From NCBI GenBank assembly GCA_964577315.1, contig CAZNYT010000004.1, positions 2,482 through 66,481 of the forward strand: a stretch of 64,000 nt of DNA, read 5' to 3'. Under the pieces are notes generated by a model that ran no database searches, was not told where the DNA came from, and saw only the letters and a program-made list of their open reading frames with translations. Origin of the DNA: an uncultured Desulfovibrionales bacterium. Its GTDB lineage: Bacteria > Desulfobacterota > Desulfovibrionia > Desulfovibrionales > Desulfonatronovibrionaceae. Every line of letters starts with the position of its first letter. Within the stretch, counting starts at the first letter, position 1. The position numbers and the translations under genes are program-made. Positions 18,740 to 29,819 of the stretch are shown here, in pieces.

Positions 18740-21700
18740 TTATACCTCAAAGAGCATCTCCAGGTCGTCCCGGGTGAGGGTTTTCCAGGCGTTTTGTCCA
18801 GGAATAACCGCTTCAGCCACTCCTTTCTTTTGTTCCTGCAGGTTGAGAATCTTTTCCTCTACAGTGTTTTCGCATATCATCTTATAGGAAAATACTTGCT
18901 TGGTCTGTCCAATGCGGTGGGTGCGGTCCGTGGCCTGGTTCTCCACAGCCGGGTTCCACCAGGGATCGTAATGTATAACGTAATCCGCAGCAGTCAGATT
19001 GACCCCGGTACCTCCTGCTTTCAAAGAAATCAGAAAGATGGGGACATTGGGATCATTGTTGAACATATCCACCTGTTCCGGGCGGTCCTTGCTGGAGCCG
19101 TCCAAATAGGCATGGGGAATCTTTTTCATGTTGAGCCAGGATCTTATAATCTTCAGCATCTGCACAAACTGGGAAAAGACTAGTACTTTGTGTCCGTCCT
19201 CGATAATATTGGTGGCCAGATCCTTGAAGGCTTCGAATTTCCCCGAGGGCAGATTGTTGTTCACACCGGGCATGTTCAGCTTGAGCAGCCGGGGGTGGCA
19301 ACAGATTTGGCGCAACTTGAGCAAAGCGTCCAAGATGGACATCTGGCTGGCTGCAATACCTTTTTCATCAACTGTTTGCAGGACCTGTTCCTTGAGTTTT
19401 TTGGCCAGGGCGGAATAAAGCTCCATTTGCTCGCCTACCAGGGAACTGTAATAAACGTTTTCCACCTTGGGAGGCAGTTCGCTCATGACCTCTGTCTTGG
19501 TTCGGCGCAGAATGAAGGGTTTTACCCGGGAGCGCAGATATTCCAGGCTTTCTTCATCCCCGTCCTTGATGGGCTTTACAAAACCTTTCTGGAAACTGTG
19601 CTGAGAACCCAGAAAGCCTGGCATAAGGAATTCGAAAAGGGACCATAGCTCCAACAAATTGTTTTCTATGGGTGTTCCGGAAAGGCAGAGCTTGAAATCT
19701 GCCCTGAGTTTCCGGACGGAACGGGCTGTTATGGTGTTGGGATTTTTTATGTTTTGGGCTTCATCCAGGATGATGGCGCTGTAGTCGTGCTTCTTCAATT
19801 CATCCAGGTCCCGGCGCAGCAAGGCGTAAGTGGTGATAATGAGATCCGAATTCTTGATCTTTTTGAACATGCCCGAACGTCTAGCCCCGTAAATAACCAG
19901 TCTGCGCAAGTCAGGGACAAATTTTTGGGCTTCCCGTTCCCAGTTGGTCAAGACCGAGGTGGGTACTACGATCATGGAAGGGCCTTTTTTGCCCCTTTCC
20001 TTGAGGAGTTGCAAGAAGGCCAGGGTCTGAACGGTTTTGCCCAGTCCCATTTCATCTGCCAGGATTCCCCCGAAGCGGTATTCGTGAAGGAAGTTAAGAT
20101 AGCTAAGCCCCTGTTTTTGATAGGGCCTTAAATCTGCATTCAGGTTTTGAGGCGGCTCTACCTGCTGAATTTCTTGAAAAGAATGGATCTTTTCCCGCAG
20201 GGTGTTCCAAAAGGAATCCGCCTGGACATCGTCAATATCCTCCAAGATGTTTTCCAGGGCAGGTACTTCGTGGGTATGGAACTTCTTTTTGGGGGCCTTT
20301 TCGGTGTCCAGGCCCATGGTGTGCAGCTTGTGCTCCAACTTTTTGATCCAGGATTCCGGAAGGCTGGTATAGGATCCATCCTTTAGCTGAATGTAGCGTT
20401 TGCCCTGTAGCCAGGCCTTCCAGATCTTGTCTATGGGCACGCTTATATCATCGTATTCTACTTGGATGTCCAGGTTGAACCACTTTTCATCCTTGGATTC
20501 CACCTTGGCCACAACATTGGGAGGGCTTAGCCTAACCCGGTATCGGTTCAGGTTTTTCTCCCCAAAGACTCGGTATTTCTCCACCAGTTGGGGGTAAGCG
20601 TCCAACAGGAAAGTGATGGCCTCTTCTGGTTCCAGAAACCACATGTTGTTGTTTCTGGATTGAAATCCCAGGCTTTGCAGGCTGGAAAGCAGTTCTTCCT
20701 CCTTTTCCTGTTCCCGTTGGACTAGAAAGGATTTACCCTCAAACTGGTAGCATCCGGTCTGCAGGTCTTGATCCGGGCCGGGTAGAGGGATCTCACCGTG
20801 TTCGGTCTCGTAGATGTTTTCAACCTGCAGGGTTAACAGGCTGCCTTCCTCGTCCAGGTAAAGCTTGGGGTTGAACCGGGCGGGAACAAATATGGGAGAC
20901 ATGTGATCCAGGAATTCCTCGTGTCCGTAAAGGTCCGAGGTATGGATCTTGGTCCAGACCCGGTCCAGGAATTCGGAGATTTCGTTGTGCGGAATGAGGG
21001 GAGAGTCCTTGACCAGTTCCTGGACCAGGGAAGGGTTCAGCCCGGTCTGGACAGGGTAGAAGCTGTTTTTCCAGCATACCCATAATGGCATTTGGCCGTA
21101 GAAATATACTTTCTCTCCGGCAATGGAAAAGGGCAGTTTGCCCTCTCTGCCCAGCATGATGTCGAAGCTCAGGCCTTCTTCCGAGAGTTGGGGACGCAGT
21201 TGTAGCCGCATGGGTGTGGTTTCCACCCGAACGGGTTGCTCGGTATCCTCCCAGAAAAGGTAATATTCGTTTCTTATGGTCCAGAAAAACCAGGTCATCA
21301 ACCCGAAGGGAATCTCTACCCGGTGTCCGAAGTAATCCAGGGAATAACCGATCTGGGTGACTACATCCGGAAGCTGAGGGGATATTTCGCACCAATTGGG
21401 ATTGCGGATGATCTGTTCTAGGGTGATTGGGTTGTGAACCGTGGACAAACCGTTTTTATTCTGTCTGGCGCGGTAAAACTGTACCTGAAGTCTGTCCGGT
21501 TCCGGGAAGAAGCGGTAAACAAGATAATGCTGCCCGGGTTCTGGCTCCATTTCCGTGGCAAAATACACTCGGAAAGTATGGTGCCAGTCGGTCTTGGGCA
21601 GGGATACTTCCTGGCTGGAATCCTCTTTAAGCCTGGCTAGGAATTTTAAGGCGGTGGCTCCGACATGTTTGCAGATGCCGGTAAAGGATTCCGGGCAATT

Positions 21701-21943
21701 GCAATGAAAATTTATGGTTTCATTGTCCAGGTTAAGACCGATTTCAGAGTGGTATACCTGTAGGTCTTCGCCTTGAATCCTGCCTTCCAAATCCCAATAC
21801 TGTTCTGTTTGATGGATGTTTACCTTGTGTATGCCGTTTTCGGAATACAGTTCTTGAGCGTTTTCCAGGATATACTCGGGTATATTTTCAGCTATAAAGT
21901 TTTGTACTATCTCCTTGGCCTTGTGTTCTTCAGAGCTTAACAT
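18740..21943 (-). CDS. SNF2-family helicase/ATPase with N-terminal SWIM zinc finger
   Basis: 1067 aa. SWIM motif CNCPESFTGICKHVGA near the N-terminus, then SNF2 motifs ILADEMGLGKT, DEAQNIKN, and helicase-C QATDRTHRIGQ. Confidence 0.9.
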   Translation of the reverse strand: MLSSEEHKAKEIVQNFIAENIPEYILENAQELYSENGIHKVNIHQTEQYWDLEGRIQGEDLQVYHSEIGLNLDNETINFHCNCPESFTGICKHVGATALKFLARLKEDSSQEVSLPKTDWHHTFRVYFATEMEPEPGQHYLVYRFFPEPDRLQVQFYRARQNKNGLSTVHNPITLEQIIRNPNWCEISPQLPDVVTQIGYSLDYFGHRVEIPFGLMTWFFWTIRNEYYLFWEDTEQPVRVETTPMRLQLRPQLSEEGLSFDIMLGREGKLPFSIAGEKVYFYGQMPLWVCWKNSFYPVQTGLNPSLVQELVKDSPLIPHNEISEFLDRVWTKIHTSDLYGHEEFLDHMSPIFVPARFNPKLYLDEEGSLLTLQVENIYETEHGEIPLPGPDQDLQTGCYQFEGKSFLVQREQEKEEELLSSLQSLGFQSRNNNMWFLEPEEAITFLLDAYPQLVEKYRVFGEKNLNRYRVRLSPPNVVAKVESKDEKWFNLDIQVEYDDISVPIDKIWKAWLQGKRYIQLKDGSYTSLPESWIKKLEHKLHTMGLDTEKAPKKKFHTHEVPALENILEDIDDVQADSFWNTLREKIHSFQEIQQVEPPQNLNADLRPYQKQGLSYLNFLHEYRFGGILADEMGLGKTVQTLAFLQLLKERGKKGPSMIVVPTSVLTNWEREAQKFVPDLRRLVIYGARRSGMFKKIKNSDLIITTYALLRRDLDELKKHDYSAIILDEAQNIKNPNTITARSVRKLRADFKLCLSGTPIENNLLELWSLFEFLMPGFLGSQHSFQKGFVKPIKDGDEESLEYLRSRVKPFILRRTKTEVMSELPPKVENVYYSSLVGEQMELYSALAKKLKEQVLQTVDEKGIAASQMSILDALLKLRQICCHPRLLKLNMPGVNNNLPSGKFEAFKDLATNIIEDGHKVLVFSQFVQMLKIIRSWLNMKKIPHAYLDGSSKDRPEQVDMFNNDPNVPIFLISLKAGGTGVNLTAADYVIHYDPWWNPAVENQATDRTHRIGQTKQVFSYKMICENTVEEKILNLQEQKKGVAEAVIPGQNAWKTLTRDDLEMLFEV

Positions 21944-22435
21944 GAGCGATACTTCTCCTCCCGGATCCGGTTTTTAAAACCATGAGCCTGTTCACAATAA
22001 GACCGATATATTTAATTAAAGTTTTCTTTTTTTTCAAGGGTAAAAAACATTTTGTGTATCAAACCGGCATTTTTATTTAGCAAACTGTTTTTATTTAGAA
22101 AATTTTTTGGGAGTCCAAGGGTTTTTTTCTCGTTGTAAAAAAGGTATTTAAGGGTTAAAAATTGTTTTTATGAAATCAGTTAGTTATAAATGTGAGTAAA
22201 TGCCTGGACCGGGGTGAAAGTATTGTTCAGTCATTAATCCCAAAAAGAGTTTAGCAGTTAACTAGGGTTGTGACAATAGGCACAACGTAAAAGTCTAGGT
22301 AACCATTCACCATATTTTGCAAGTCTTTAAAATATTTAGGGTTCAGTTAAGTTCTTGTTCTGGATTGCTATCAAAATGATTTTGTTTTGTTCCGCTGATA
22401 TTTATTCCTCAAACAGATAATCGAGGGTTGCGAAA

Positions 22436-23452
22436 GTGGACTTGGATAAGCTTCAGGATCTACCCCCCAAGTGGGCGAAATTCTGCCTAAGTATTCAATC
22501 CTTTTTGGAAAGGGAAATAAATGTTTCTTTAAGGGACAAGAAACTTTTGGTGGCTTTTTCTGCCGGCCCGGACTCTACAGCCTTGTTGAGGCTGTTTTGT
22601 TTTCTGTCCAGGCGGTTGAATCTTAAGGTTGCAGCAGCATACTTGAATCACTGCATGCGCCTGGAAGCGGATCAGGAACAGGAATGGGCCAGGACACTGG
22701 GCAGCAGTCTGAAAATTCCCGTGTTTTGCGGTCAAAGCAGTGTACCGGGATTTGCCAGCAGTCAGAGAATAGGCACTGAAGAGGCAGCCCGTATCCTGCG
22801 CTACAGGTTTCTGCGGGGAACGGCGCATAAGATCGGTGCCGATTATATCCTTACCGGGCATCATTTGAACGATCTGGCAGAGGATGTGCTCATGCGCCTG
22901 CAGAGGGGAGCTGGCTGGCCGGCCTTGAGCGGGATGCAGGCTTTTGTTCCGGAGCAGAAAGTGTTAAGGCCTTTCTTGTTAACTCCCAAGGCAGAGATAT
23001 TGAAGTTCCTGGAAGCCATAGACCAGGGATTTGCCTCAGATAAATCCAATCAAGACCCATCTTACCTGCGTAACCGGATAAGGTTAGAACTTTTGCCTGT
23101 CCTGACAGATATGAATCCTGGTTTTTTGCGGGCAGTAGCCGATTTGTGGAGGTTGGGCCGTGTGGATGAAGAGTATTGGCAAGGCATATGGGAGGAAGTA
23201 AAGGATAGAAGAGAAGTGGATGAGAACTTTTTGTCCCGCGAGGTGCTAAAGTCTCATCGCCAGGCAAGCAGGTTGCGCTTGTACAAAAACATGCTGGATC
23301 AACTTGGTCCAGGCCAGGTTCTGGTGACAAATATACTGCAGCTGGATGCCGCATGGCAAGGGAAAAGAACCGGGACCAGGGTGCAGTTCCCTGGAAACAA
23401 AACAGCCCTGCTAACCAAAAGGGGGATCGAGTTCAGCAGGGGTGATGCTTAA
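22436..23452 (+). CDS. tilS: tRNA(Ile)-lysidine synthetase
   Basis: 338 aa with PP-loop FSAGPDS and HHLNDLAED. The start codon is GTG. Confidence 0.88.
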   Translation: MDLDKLQDLPPKWAKFCLSIQSFLEREINVSLRDKKLLVAFSAGPDSTALLRLFCFLSRRLNLKVAAAYLNHCMRLEADQEQEWARTLGSSLKIPVFCGQSSVPGFASSQRIGTEEAARILRYRFLRGTAHKIGADYILTGHHLNDLAEDVLMRLQRGAGWPALSGMQAFVPEQKVLRPFLLTPKAEILKFLEAIDQGFASDKSNQDPSYLRNRIRLELLPVLTDMNPGFLRAVADLWRLGRVDEEYWQGIWEEVKDRREVDENFLSREVLKSHRQASRLRLYKNMLDQLGPGQVLVTNILQLDAAWQGKRTGTRVQFPGNKTALLTKRGIEFSRGDA

Positions 23453-23588
23453 TGGCAATCTCAAATCTCCCGGTGTTCCGGAAGTTCGGATCAATAACAG
23501 GGAAATCCGGTGTTAAAAGGTAGGGGTGATGGTTAAGCATCCAGTTCGGTTGTGATAAATGATAAACGGCTTGAAGCGAGGCTTGAGT

Positions 23589-24113
23589 ATGGATTTACAA
23601 CTTGCACAGGAAAAAGATGTGGTGCTGGGCAGGGATTTTTTGACTTGGCTGTGGTTTAAAAGCGAAGAACAAAATAATCTGTTCAAGACTCCGGAAGGGG
23701 AGGATTTCGCCCTGTATTTCGGTCAGAAGATCGTGGTGGAGGGCGGAGAAGGGGAGAGTCTGGAAAAGGCAGTGTGCACAGGTGCCATGTCCAGGCTGCA
23801 GGAGGCCAAGCTTGGTCTTCGCACAGGGAAAAAGGTGGTTCAGGCCAGGGTGGCCCTGGAGCAGGACAATAACAAATGGAGCATGCAGTTGGATGCCTCC
23901 AGGTTTGTGTGGTCCGGGTTCAAGACACCCAAGGTGGAGGTGGGAAACCGGGAGGATGAGGATCCGGATGGAGCGTTCCTGGAAAAGATGTATCTTTTGG
24001 AGCGGGCCATACATTTTCTGGACGTGGTATATGCCAATTATTTGCAATTGCGTTTATCCCCGGATTGGCCCCGGGAAGTGGAGCGCTTTCGCGATTGGTT
24101 GTATCAGGATTAG
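23589..24113 (+). CDS. Conserved hypothetical protein
   Basis: 174-aa ORF from the internal ATG (the track ORF starts at 23559). It looks coding with no recognisable motif. The FLTWLWFKSE start faintly recalls RdgC-like proteins, which is not enough for a call. Confidence 0.55.
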   Translation: MDLQLAQEKDVVLGRDFLTWLWFKSEEQNNLFKTPEGEDFALYFGQKIVVEGGEGESLEKAVCTGAMSRLQEAKLGLRTGKKVVQARVALEQDNNKWSMQLDASRFVWSGFKTPKVEVGNREDEDPDGAFLEKMYLLERAIHFLDVVYANYLQLRLSPDWPREVERFRDWLYQD

Positions 24114-24155
24114 GGATGCCAAGAACACATCTGTTTATTCCAAGGCGGGTTACCC

Positions 24156-25076
24156 ATGCAGGCTAATGCTAATGTTTTTGATCGGATTACTGTCCTGGGA
24201 GAGGTGCTTTTTGACATTTTTCCCGATGGCTCCCGAGTGATAGGGGGAGCGCCTTTCAACGTTTCTTGTCATCTACAGGGTCTGGGTTTGGACCCGGTTT
24301 TTGTCACCCGGATTGGTGCTGACGATTTAGGCCGGGAAGTCCTGGAACAAATGGCCCAGTGGTCCATGTCCCTGTCCGGAGTGCAAATGGATGAGCAAAA
24401 ACCCACCGGCGTGGTCCAGGTACGCTTCCAGAACGGAGAGCCCTATTATGAGATCCAGGAAGACGCAGCTTTTGACCATATCCAGCCGTGGGATTGGCAG
24501 GTGGAGTCCACCGGCAAGAAGGGTCTGCTATATCACGGCACCCTTGCTGCCAGGGGTGAGACAACCGCCCAGACCATCTATTCCATGGCCTCTAAGAGCA
24601 ATCAAGAGGTTTTTTGTGACATCAATCTGCGAGATCCCTGGTGGAGCCAGGAATTGATTCAGGATGTTTTAACCTGGTGCAGGTATTTGAAGGTTAACCT
24701 TCAGGAGCTGCACCAGGTGGCTGAGATTCTGGGTCTGCAGGGCAGCGAAACCGTAGAGGTGGCCAGAATGGTGCAGGAGGAGGCTGACCTGGAATGTTTG
24801 GTTCTGACCCTGGGAGCGGATGGGGCCATGCTCTTTCCCCGGGACAGGGAATATCTGTTTTCCCCTGCACCCCAAGTAAGGGATTTTAAGGACGCAGTGG
24901 GTGCAGGGGATGCTTTCAGTGCGGTTATTCTGCTGGGTCTTTCCCGGAATTGGTCCTGGGAGAGGGTGATACAGCGGGCCGTATTTGCTGCTGCCCAGGT
25001 GTGCGCCATTCAGGGGGCTGTTCCTATCAGCCATGAATTTTACCAGGCCATGAGGCAGGCCTGGATAAATATGTAA
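24156..25076 (+). CDS. PfkB-family sugar kinase, probable fructokinase
   Basis: 306 aa with an N-terminal GE.L.D motif and the C-terminal signature DAVGAGDAF. It is adjacent to the sucrose genes. Confidence 0.8.
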   Translation: MQANANVFDRITVLGEVLFDIFPDGSRVIGGAPFNVSCHLQGLGLDPVFVTRIGADDLGREVLEQMAQWSMSLSGVQMDEQKPTGVVQVRFQNGEPYYEIQEDAAFDHIQPWDWQVESTGKKGLLYHGTLAARGETTAQTIYSMASKSNQEVFCDINLRDPWWSQELIQDVLTWCRYLKVNLQELHQVAEILGLQGSETVEVARMVQEEADLECLVLTLGADGAMLFPRDREYLFSPAPQVRDFKDAVGAGDAFSAVILLGLSRNWSWERVIQRAVFAAAQVCAIQGAVPISHEFYQAMRQAWINM

Positions 25077-25086
25077 ATAGGCGGCA

Positions 25087-25186
25087 AGTATTCACCATTT
25101 TGACCTAAACCATTCACCGGATCTTTTTGAGTGTTTTCTTGGGGAAGCACGGCACGCAAAAAGATTTGGTGAATAGTTACAATGGG
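25087..25186. repeat. Repeat family 1 (MITE-like), copy C, short (~100 bp), inverted orientation
   Basis: ATTCACCGGATCTTTTTGAGTG ... GGCACGCAAAAAGATTTGGTGAATAGTTACAATGGG. Its reverse complement aligns end to end with the termini of copy B. Confidence 0.85.
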
Positions 25187-25282
25187 CGGGGCTGTTTTGT
25201 CCGCAGGTCAGGCAGATTTATCAAGAACCCAAGTTTGAGGATCCAGATCTCAAGATTTGGAGATTCCCCAGGGGAGGTTTCA

Positions 25283-27442
25283 ATGTCCAGTAGCCAGCAT
25301 GGTAACAAAGGCTTGTACCTGGTACATTTAAGTATTCACGGATTGGTCCGGGGTTTTGACATGGAGCTTGGCCGGGATGCTGATACCGGGGGGCAGGTCA
25401 AGTACGTGGTGGAACTCGCCCGGGCCCTGGGCAAACATCCGGATGTGGACCGGGTGGACCTTATTACCAGAAGAGTTGTAGATCCCAAGGTGGAGGAAAG
25501 CTACTCCAAGAGCATAGAGAAATTGGGGGATAAGGCCAATATAGTGCGCATTGATTTCGGCCCCAAAAGATATCTGCGCAAGGAAGTGCTTTGGCCGTAT
25601 CTGGACGAATTGACTGACAGGACCTTGCAGTACTTCAGGAGGTTGGGCAGGGTTCCGGACGTGATCCACGGGCATTATGCGGATGCCGGTTTGGCGGGAT
25701 CCAAGTTGGCTCAACTTTTGGGTGTGCCTTTTATTTTTACCGGCCATTCCTTGGGACGGATCAAAAAGCAAAGATTCCTGGCTCACGGACGTTCCGAAGA
25801 ATTTATTGAATCCAGGTTCAACATGTCCACCCGGATCGAAGCAGAGGAAGAGGCCTTGGGCAATGCCTCCCTGGTTATAACCAGCACCTCGCAAGAGCGC
25901 GATGAACAGTACCGGGAATACGAAAACTTTCATCCCAAAAGGATGCGGATAATACCTCCAGGAATCGACTTGGAACGGTTTTACCCTTACAAAAAAAATC
26001 AGAAACGTCCCGAGTTCGCCCAGGAATTGGACCGCTTCCTGCAAAAGACCAACAAGCCCATGATCCTAGCCCTGTCTCGCCCTGATGAACGCAAAAACAT
26101 TACTACCCTGGTGGAGGCTTTCGGCGAGAGCGAGGAGTTGCGTCAAATGGCTAATTTGGTAGTCATTGCCGGAAACAGGGAGGACATCGAGGCTATGGAA
26201 TCCGGACCTAAGAAGGTCTTGTCCAAGATCTTGCTGCTTGTGGACAAATACGATTTGTATGGTCAAGCTGCCTATCCCAAGAAACATACTGCCCAGGATG
26301 TGCCAGAACTATATCGTTTTGCGGCCCGCAACAGAGGAGTTTTTGTTAACCCCGCCATGACCGAACCCTTCGGGTTGACCTTGATAGAAGCGGCTGCTAC
26401 CGGGCTGCCTTTGGTTGCCACTGATGACGGAGGGCCCAGAGAAATAATCGGCAACTGCAAAAACGGTGTCTGGATAGATCCTCTGGATAAAGAGGGCATG
26501 GTCCGGTCCATACTATCCCTGATCCGGGACAGGGAGGTATGGAAGCAACACTCCCGGGCCGGGATCAAGGGAGTAAAGAAATACTATTCCTGGAACGCTC
26601 ATACCAGAACCTATCTGAAAGAGGTGCGCAAGTTGATAAGACCCGCTAAAACAAAGCGCACCACTCTCAGACTCCCTATTATCAAAAGCAAGCTGCCGGT
26701 GGCGGACAAGATACTGATCACGGATATAGATAATACCCTGCTAGGGGACAACGAGGATCTCCAGAATCTTATCCGGATCATGGGCGAAATGGAGGAGAGA
26801 CTGGTTTTTGGAGTGGCTACCGGACGCAGCTTGGAAGGTGCTCTGCACGCTCTGGCCGAGGCAAATGTGCCTGTGCCGGATTTGATGATTACTTCCGTGG
26901 GCAGCGAAATATATTACGGCCCCAAGATCCTGAAGGATCATAGCTGGAGTAGACACATAGCCTACCGCTGGAATCCCGAGGCCATAGCCCAGCTCATGGA
27001 GGAAGTACCTGGAGTGGAACTGCAAACCCCGGAGAATCAAAGGGAATTCAAGCTAAGCTATAATTTCATGCCCGGCATGTTTCCTGGTGTGCGCTACGTG
27101 AGCAAGCTTTTGCGCCGCAAAGATGTCCACGCCAAGATTATCCATTCCCACGGTAAGTATCTGGACTTCTTGCCGGTCAGGGCATCCAAGGGCCTAGCCA
27201 TCAGGTACTTGTGCGTGAGGTGGGGGGTGGATCTGCAACGGATTCTAGTGGCAGGAGATTCTGGAAATGACCGGGAAATGCTCTGCGGCAGTACCCTGGG
27301 AGTGGTAGTGGGCAATTACAGCCCGGAACTCAAGAACTTACCCGCGACAAGCAATATCTATTTTGCCACGGAAAAGTATGCCGGCGGGATAATTGAAGGT
27401 TTACAACATTTCGGTTTTCTGGAGGAGATGGAGTATGATTGA
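25283..27442 (+). CDS. sps: Sucrose-phosphate synthase fused to a C-terminal HAD (sucrose-phosphate phosphatase-like) domain
   Basis: GT-B glycosyltransferase with [16 protein letters not shown] and [16 protein letters not shown]. The C-terminal domain carries an intact DxDxT motif ([10 protein letters not shown]). The start is trimmed to the ATG at 25283 after GGGGAGG, because the upstream part of the track ORF is repeat copy C. Confidence 0.88.
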   Translation: MSSSQHGNKGLYLVHLSIHGLVRGFDMELGRDADTGGQVKYVVELARALGKHPDVDRVDLITRRVVDPKVEESYSKSIEKLGDKANIVRIDFGPKRYLRKEVLWPYLDELTDRTLQYFRRLGRVPDVIHGHYADAGLAGSKLAQLLGVPFIFTGHSLGRIKKQRFLAHGRSEEFIESRFNMSTRIEAEEEALGNASLVITSTSQERDEQYREYENFHPKRMRIIPPGIDLERFYPYKKNQKRPEFAQELDRFLQKTNKPMILALSRPDERKNITTLVEAFGESEELRQMANLVVIAGNREDIEAMESGPKKVLSKILLLVDKYDLYGQAAYPKKHTAQDVPELYRFAARNRGVFVNPAMTEPFGLTLIEAAATGLPLVATDDGGPREIIGNCKNGVWIDPLDKEGMVRSILSLIRDREVWKQHSRAGIKGVKKYYSWNAHTRTYLKEVRKLIRPAKTKRTTLRLPIIKSKLPVADKILITDIDNTLLGDNEDLQNLIRIMGEMEERLVFGVATGRSLEGALHALAEANVPVPDLMITSVGSEIYYGPKILKDHSWSRHIAYRWNPEAIAQLMEEVPGVELQTPENQREFKLSYNFMPGMFPGVRYVSKLLRRKDVHAKIIHSHGKYLDFLPVRASKGLAIRYLCVRWGVDLQRILVAGDSGNDREMLCGSTLGVVVGNYSPELKNLPATSNIYFATEKYAGGIIEGLQHFGFLEEMEYD

Positions 27443-29816
27443 TATCGAGGAAATTGGCGCCCTATCTCCGGAGCTTAGAAAAACAGTCTATCTTTTTCTG
27501 CGGGAGATAGTCAAAACCGGGAAAACCTATTTGCTTCGATCCGATCTCCAGGATATGCTTGCCGGTTTTTTTGCCCAGGAGGAATATGAACAACATGAAT
27601 CCGCCCTGGTGTTCGATATCTTTAAATACACCCAAGTAGCCATTATTCGAAATCCCTGGATTTATATGGCAGTTCGCCCGGAAAAGGCCAAGTGGCAGTA
27701 TTTCCGATTTCACGTGGAAGATGTGCTCTTTGATGAGATCCAGGTTAAAGACTACTTGAGATTCGAAGAGGCCCAGGTCAACAATATTTCCGGTGTGGAC
27801 GAGTTCCTTCTGGAGATCGATCTTGAGCCTTTTAACCGGGAATTTCCTAGGCTCAGGGATTCTTCCTACATCGGTAACGGGGTGGAGTTCTTGAACCGCT
27901 ATCTTGCGGGGCAATTCTTTCAGGAAAAGAGAAGGGGAGACGAAAAGCTTTTTAATTTCCTGCAGCTGCATCACTGCGGCGGAAAACATCTGATGCTCAA
28001 CAACCGTATTGAGGATTTGTCCGATCTGCGCTCCGCACTGCGTAAGGCGCTAAATTTCCTGAACAAGCAAAGCGCTTCCCTGGAGTGGTCGGATGTAGCC
28101 AGGGAGATGCGGGAGCTGGGGTTTGAGCCCGGGTGGGGCCGGGCGCTAGGCCGGGTCCGCGAGAATCTCAAACTTCTTCAGGAAATCCTGGAAGCTCCCA
28201 CACCTAGTATCCTGGCCTCTTTTTTGGGTAGAATGCCCATGATTTTCAAACTGGTTATCGTTTCTCCGCACGGATACTTTGGACAATCCAATGTTCTGGG
28301 ACGCCCGGACACCGGCGGCCAGGTGGTGTACATACTGGATCAGGTCCATGCCCTGGAAAAGGAGATGCGACAACAAATATGGGATCAGGGCCTGGATATC
28401 GAGCCGGAAATCATTGTTCTTACCAGGTTGATCCCGGAAGCCGAAGATACCACCTGCAATCAGCGGTTGGAAAATATAGTGGGCACCCGTAATGCCAAAA
28501 TCCTGCGGGTACCTTTCCGGTATTCCAGCGGGGAAGTGGTTCCCCATTGGATTTCCAGGTTTCACGTGTGGCCCTTCCTGGAAAGGTTCGCCCTGGATTC
28601 GGTACAGGAGATCCGGGGCGAGCTCGGAGGCAATCCGGACCTGATAATAGGGAATTACTCGGACGGCAATCTGGTGGCCACCTTGATGTCCAAAAAGCTT
28701 AGGATAACCCAGTGCAACATTGCCCATGCCCTGGAAAAGACCAAGTACCTGTTCTCCTCCCAGTACTGGAAATCCCTGGAGGATCAGTACCGATTTTCCA
28801 GTCAGTTTACAGCGGATCTTATCTCCATGAATGCAGCGGACTTCATTATAACCAGTACTTATCAGGAGATTGCCGGAACCGAGGAGAGCGTGGGGCAGTA
28901 TGAGAGCTACAGTTCCTTCAGCATGCCGGATCTGTACCGGGTGATTAACGGCATAGACGTGTTTGATCCCAAGTTCAACGTAGTATCCCCGGGAGCGGAT
29001 GAGAACGTATACTTTCCTTACTACCAAAAGGACAGGAGGTTGTTGGAGCTGCACAGTGAGTTGGAGAATTTCATATATGGTCCCGAATCCGAATGGGCCA
29101 AAGGGGTTTTTCAGGACCAGGACAAGCCCATTATATTCACCATGGCCCGTTTGGACCGGATCAAGAACTTGACCAGCCTGGTTCGCTGGTATGCTGAAAA
29201 CGAGGCTCTTAAACAGCAAGCCAATCTTCTCCTGGTGGCAGGCAGCCTTAGAGCCGAGGATTCTTCCGATGCGGAAGAAAAGGCTTGCATCGAGGAAATG
29301 CACGGCTTGTTCCAGGATTACGAGCTACATGATAGCGTGCGTTGGCTGGGATGCAGGCTGGACAAGAATTTGAGCGGGGAATTGTACAGGTGCGTGGCAG
29401 ATTCCCGGGGGATATTCGTTCAGCCGGCCCTGTTCGAGGCATTCGGGCTGACCGTGGTTGAGGCCATGACTTCGGGCTTGCCCACTTTTGGAACCATATA
29501 CGGCGGGCCCCTGGAAATTATTGAAGACGGGTTGAGCGGTTTCCATATAGACCCCACCCACGGACAGGAATCGGCTCAGAAGATGGCTGATTTCTTTGAT
29601 CGGTGCAACCAGGAGCCGGAATACTGGGAAAGGATCTCGGAAAACGCCATAAACAGAGTGGAAGAGAAATACAATTGGCGTCTCTATGCCCAGAAACTCC
29701 TCTCTTTCTCCCGGATTTACGGATTCTGGAAATTTGTTTCCAACCTGGAGAGGGAGGAAACCAGGAGATACCTGGACATGTTTTATTCCCTGAAGATGAG
29801 ACGCCTTTCCAGGTAA
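27435..29816 (+). CDS. Sucrose synthase
   Basis: ~793 aa with [14 protein letters not shown] and [18 protein letters not shown], and a long N-terminal regulatory region typical of SuSy. The ATG at 27435 overlaps the sps stop. Confidence 0.88.
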   Translation: MIDIEEIGALSPELRKTVYLFLREIVKTGKTYLLRSDLQDMLAGFFAQEEYEQHESALVFDIFKYTQVAIIRNPWIYMAVRPEKAKWQYFRFHVEDVLFDEIQVKDYLRFEEAQVNNISGVDEFLLEIDLEPFNREFPRLRDSSYIGNGVEFLNRYLAGQFFQEKRRGDEKLFNFLQLHHCGGKHLMLNNRIEDLSDLRSALRKALNFLNKQSASLEWSDVAREMRELGFEPGWGRALGRVRENLKLLQEILEAPTPSILASFLGRMPMIFKLVIVSPHGYFGQSNVLGRPDTGGQVVYILDQVHALEKEMRQQIWDQGLDIEPEIIVLTRLIPEAEDTTCNQRLENIVGTRNAKILRVPFRYSSGEVVPHWISRFHVWPFLERFALDSVQEIRGELGGNPDLIIGNYSDGNLVATLMSKKLRITQCNIAHALEKTKYLFSSQYWKSLEDQYRFSSQFTADLISMNAADFIITSTYQEIAGTEESVGQYESYSSFSMPDLYRVINGIDVFDPKFNVVSPGADENVYFPYYQKDRRLLELHSELENFIYGPESEWAKGVFQDQDKPIIFTMARLDRIKNLTSLVRWYAENEALKQQANLLLVAGSLRAEDSSDAEEKACIEEMHGLFQDYELHDSVRWLGCRLDKNLSGELYRCVADSRGIFVQPALFEAFGLTVVEAMTSGLPTFGTIYGGPLEIIEDGLSGFHIDPTHGQESAQKMADFFDRCNQEPEYWERISENAINRVEEKYNWRLYAQKLLSFSRIYGFWKFVSNLEREETRRYLDMFYSLKMRRLSR

Positions 29817-29819
29817 TAT

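Noticed and set aside
18740-21943. SWIM/SNF2 helicase as part of a phage-defence system (DISARM, BREX or similar)
   Set aside because: No methyltransferase, PLD/DUF1998 or other partner genes are adjacent. The neighbours are trmL and tilS, so it looks like a chromosomal RapA/HepA-type remodeller.
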